Shown here in pieces: positions 62,765 to 64,000 of a stretch of 64,000 bases of DNA (position 1 is its first letter; the number at the start of each line of letters is the position of its first letter). A model generated the notes under the pieces. It saw nothing but the letters and a program-made list of their open reading frames with translations. It did no database searches and had not been told where the DNA came from. The stretch spans positions 310,001 through 374,000 of the forward strand of contig NC_089429.1 in assembly GCF_026210795.1 (NCBI RefSeq), written 5' to 3'. The position numbers were made by a program, and so were the translations under genes. The stretch comes from Rhizophagus irregularis. Its lineage: Eukaryota.

Positions 62765-64000
62765 TTAAAGTGTACACACGCTACATGATGCAGGAACGGA
62801 CGTAAATTGATTTGTATGTAGGTCACAAAATGAATATTTCTGTTGACAGATACCATTCGGTATAAGACCAGTCAACCCATTAATAGCCAATCTCCTAAAA
62901 AAAATTAAATTAATTAGTATATATATATACAAATATAATAATAATAATAATAATAATAACTTACAATCTGTTTAACTTTATATCACCGATTGTTGCAGGA
63001 ATTTCTCCAGATAATTTATTATCTGATAATAGTAAATCGAATAATTGTAATTTAGACAATTCAGCTGGAATTTGACCCGTAAAAGAATTGCTTTCTAAAT
63101 TTATAGTTTTCAAATTTTCACATTGAACTATAGATGGAGGTATAATACCACTAAAGTTGTTTGAATTTAAATCCAAAAATACTAAACTTTTCGCAAATTT
63201 TGATGTTATAATCGAAGGAAATTCACCGGACAAAAGGTTAAATGCTACACTAAGTGTCTTCAAATTTTTTAAATTCATTATTGAATCAGGTATACCTCCA
63301 GTATACAGATTACTACTTAAATCCAACATTATCAGACTTTGTTGTAGTGTAGGACTATTACCAATGAAATCAGGTATTACGCCAGTAATATTTTGCATAG
63401 CATAGACCAAAATCTCCAAAGAGGTTTTTGCTATAGAATCCGGAATAGGATCAGATAATTGACGATTATTAGTTAATCGTAAAGTTTTTAATGAAGTCAT
63501 CTTATCAAAAGTATTTGGAATCTTGCCAGTTAAACCGGTAGATGTTATAAATAATTCTCGTAAATTTTCCAATTGAAATAAAGAAGTGGACATTAAATTA
63601 TTTGGTAATTTATTGCCTCCAATTAAAGTAAATTTTTGTAACGTCTTTAATTGTCCTATTCTAGTATCAAGAAATCTTGGAATAATCGGAAATTCTAATA
63701 ATAATTCAACAACATTATTGGAATCATCACATTTAACTCCAACCCATTTACAATAATTAATATCTTCCATCCAATTATTCAGTTCAAACATTGTTCGATT
63801 TATAGCATTTATATATACTGATTTTAACATACAGAATTGTGTAACATTGTAAAATGAGTTATCATCCCAGCAAAATTCACAATTGAAATTTAATGGTGGA
63901 GTTGTTCCTAATAACGTTGAACATATTGTTGATTTTAGGTTTTGTTCTTGCGCTGGGGTGAAATCATTTACTAAGTTCGTTATATTTGATATTGGTGAAT
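62765..64000 (-). CDS. Plant-type extracellular LRR protein, 5' end outside the window; intron 62895-62964
   Basis: The frame is open from the window edge. It has the cap motif YCKWVGVKC and LxxLxLxxNxLSGxIP repeats. The last exon ends ...CDLHTNQFTSVPASCSVCTL* with no transmembrane or kinase domain. Confidence 0.88.

Overview
Very AT-rich eukaryotic DNA with short GT-AG introns. Gene content and repeats suggest an arbuscular mycorrhizal fungus (Glomeromycota, Rhizophagus-like); this is an inference. Host genes lie in two islands. The first (22.2-27.9 kb) has an LRR protein, a UPF0132-like membrane protein, mitochondrial uS5m and chorismate mutase ARO7. The second (42.5-58.6 kb) has NST1, an F-box/LRR protein, two PPR proteins and SET2. 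A plant-type LRR gene runs off the right edge and a CDS tail sits at the left edge. The rest is transposon-derived: two decayed hAT transposons, LINE fragments and many MITEs with readable TIRs and TSDs, including a five-level nest at 8.3-21 kb. The most striking object is a ~5-kb TIR element (14228-19223; CATCAGCAAGTTT ends, 2-bp TSD) with no transposase. On the minus strand it carries a predicted spliced unit of 12 consecutive 25-54-nt microexons separated by stereotyped introns. Most of these introns carry two hairpins, one over the 5' splice site and one presenting the branch point. The fully spliced RNA has no long ORF. An older, CpG-decayed relative with a different exon order surrounds the nest. 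Separately, a palindromic motif (about 14-bp arms around CT-N5-AG) recurs inside MITEs of unrelated superfamilies. All coordinates were read by eye and may be off by a few bases.
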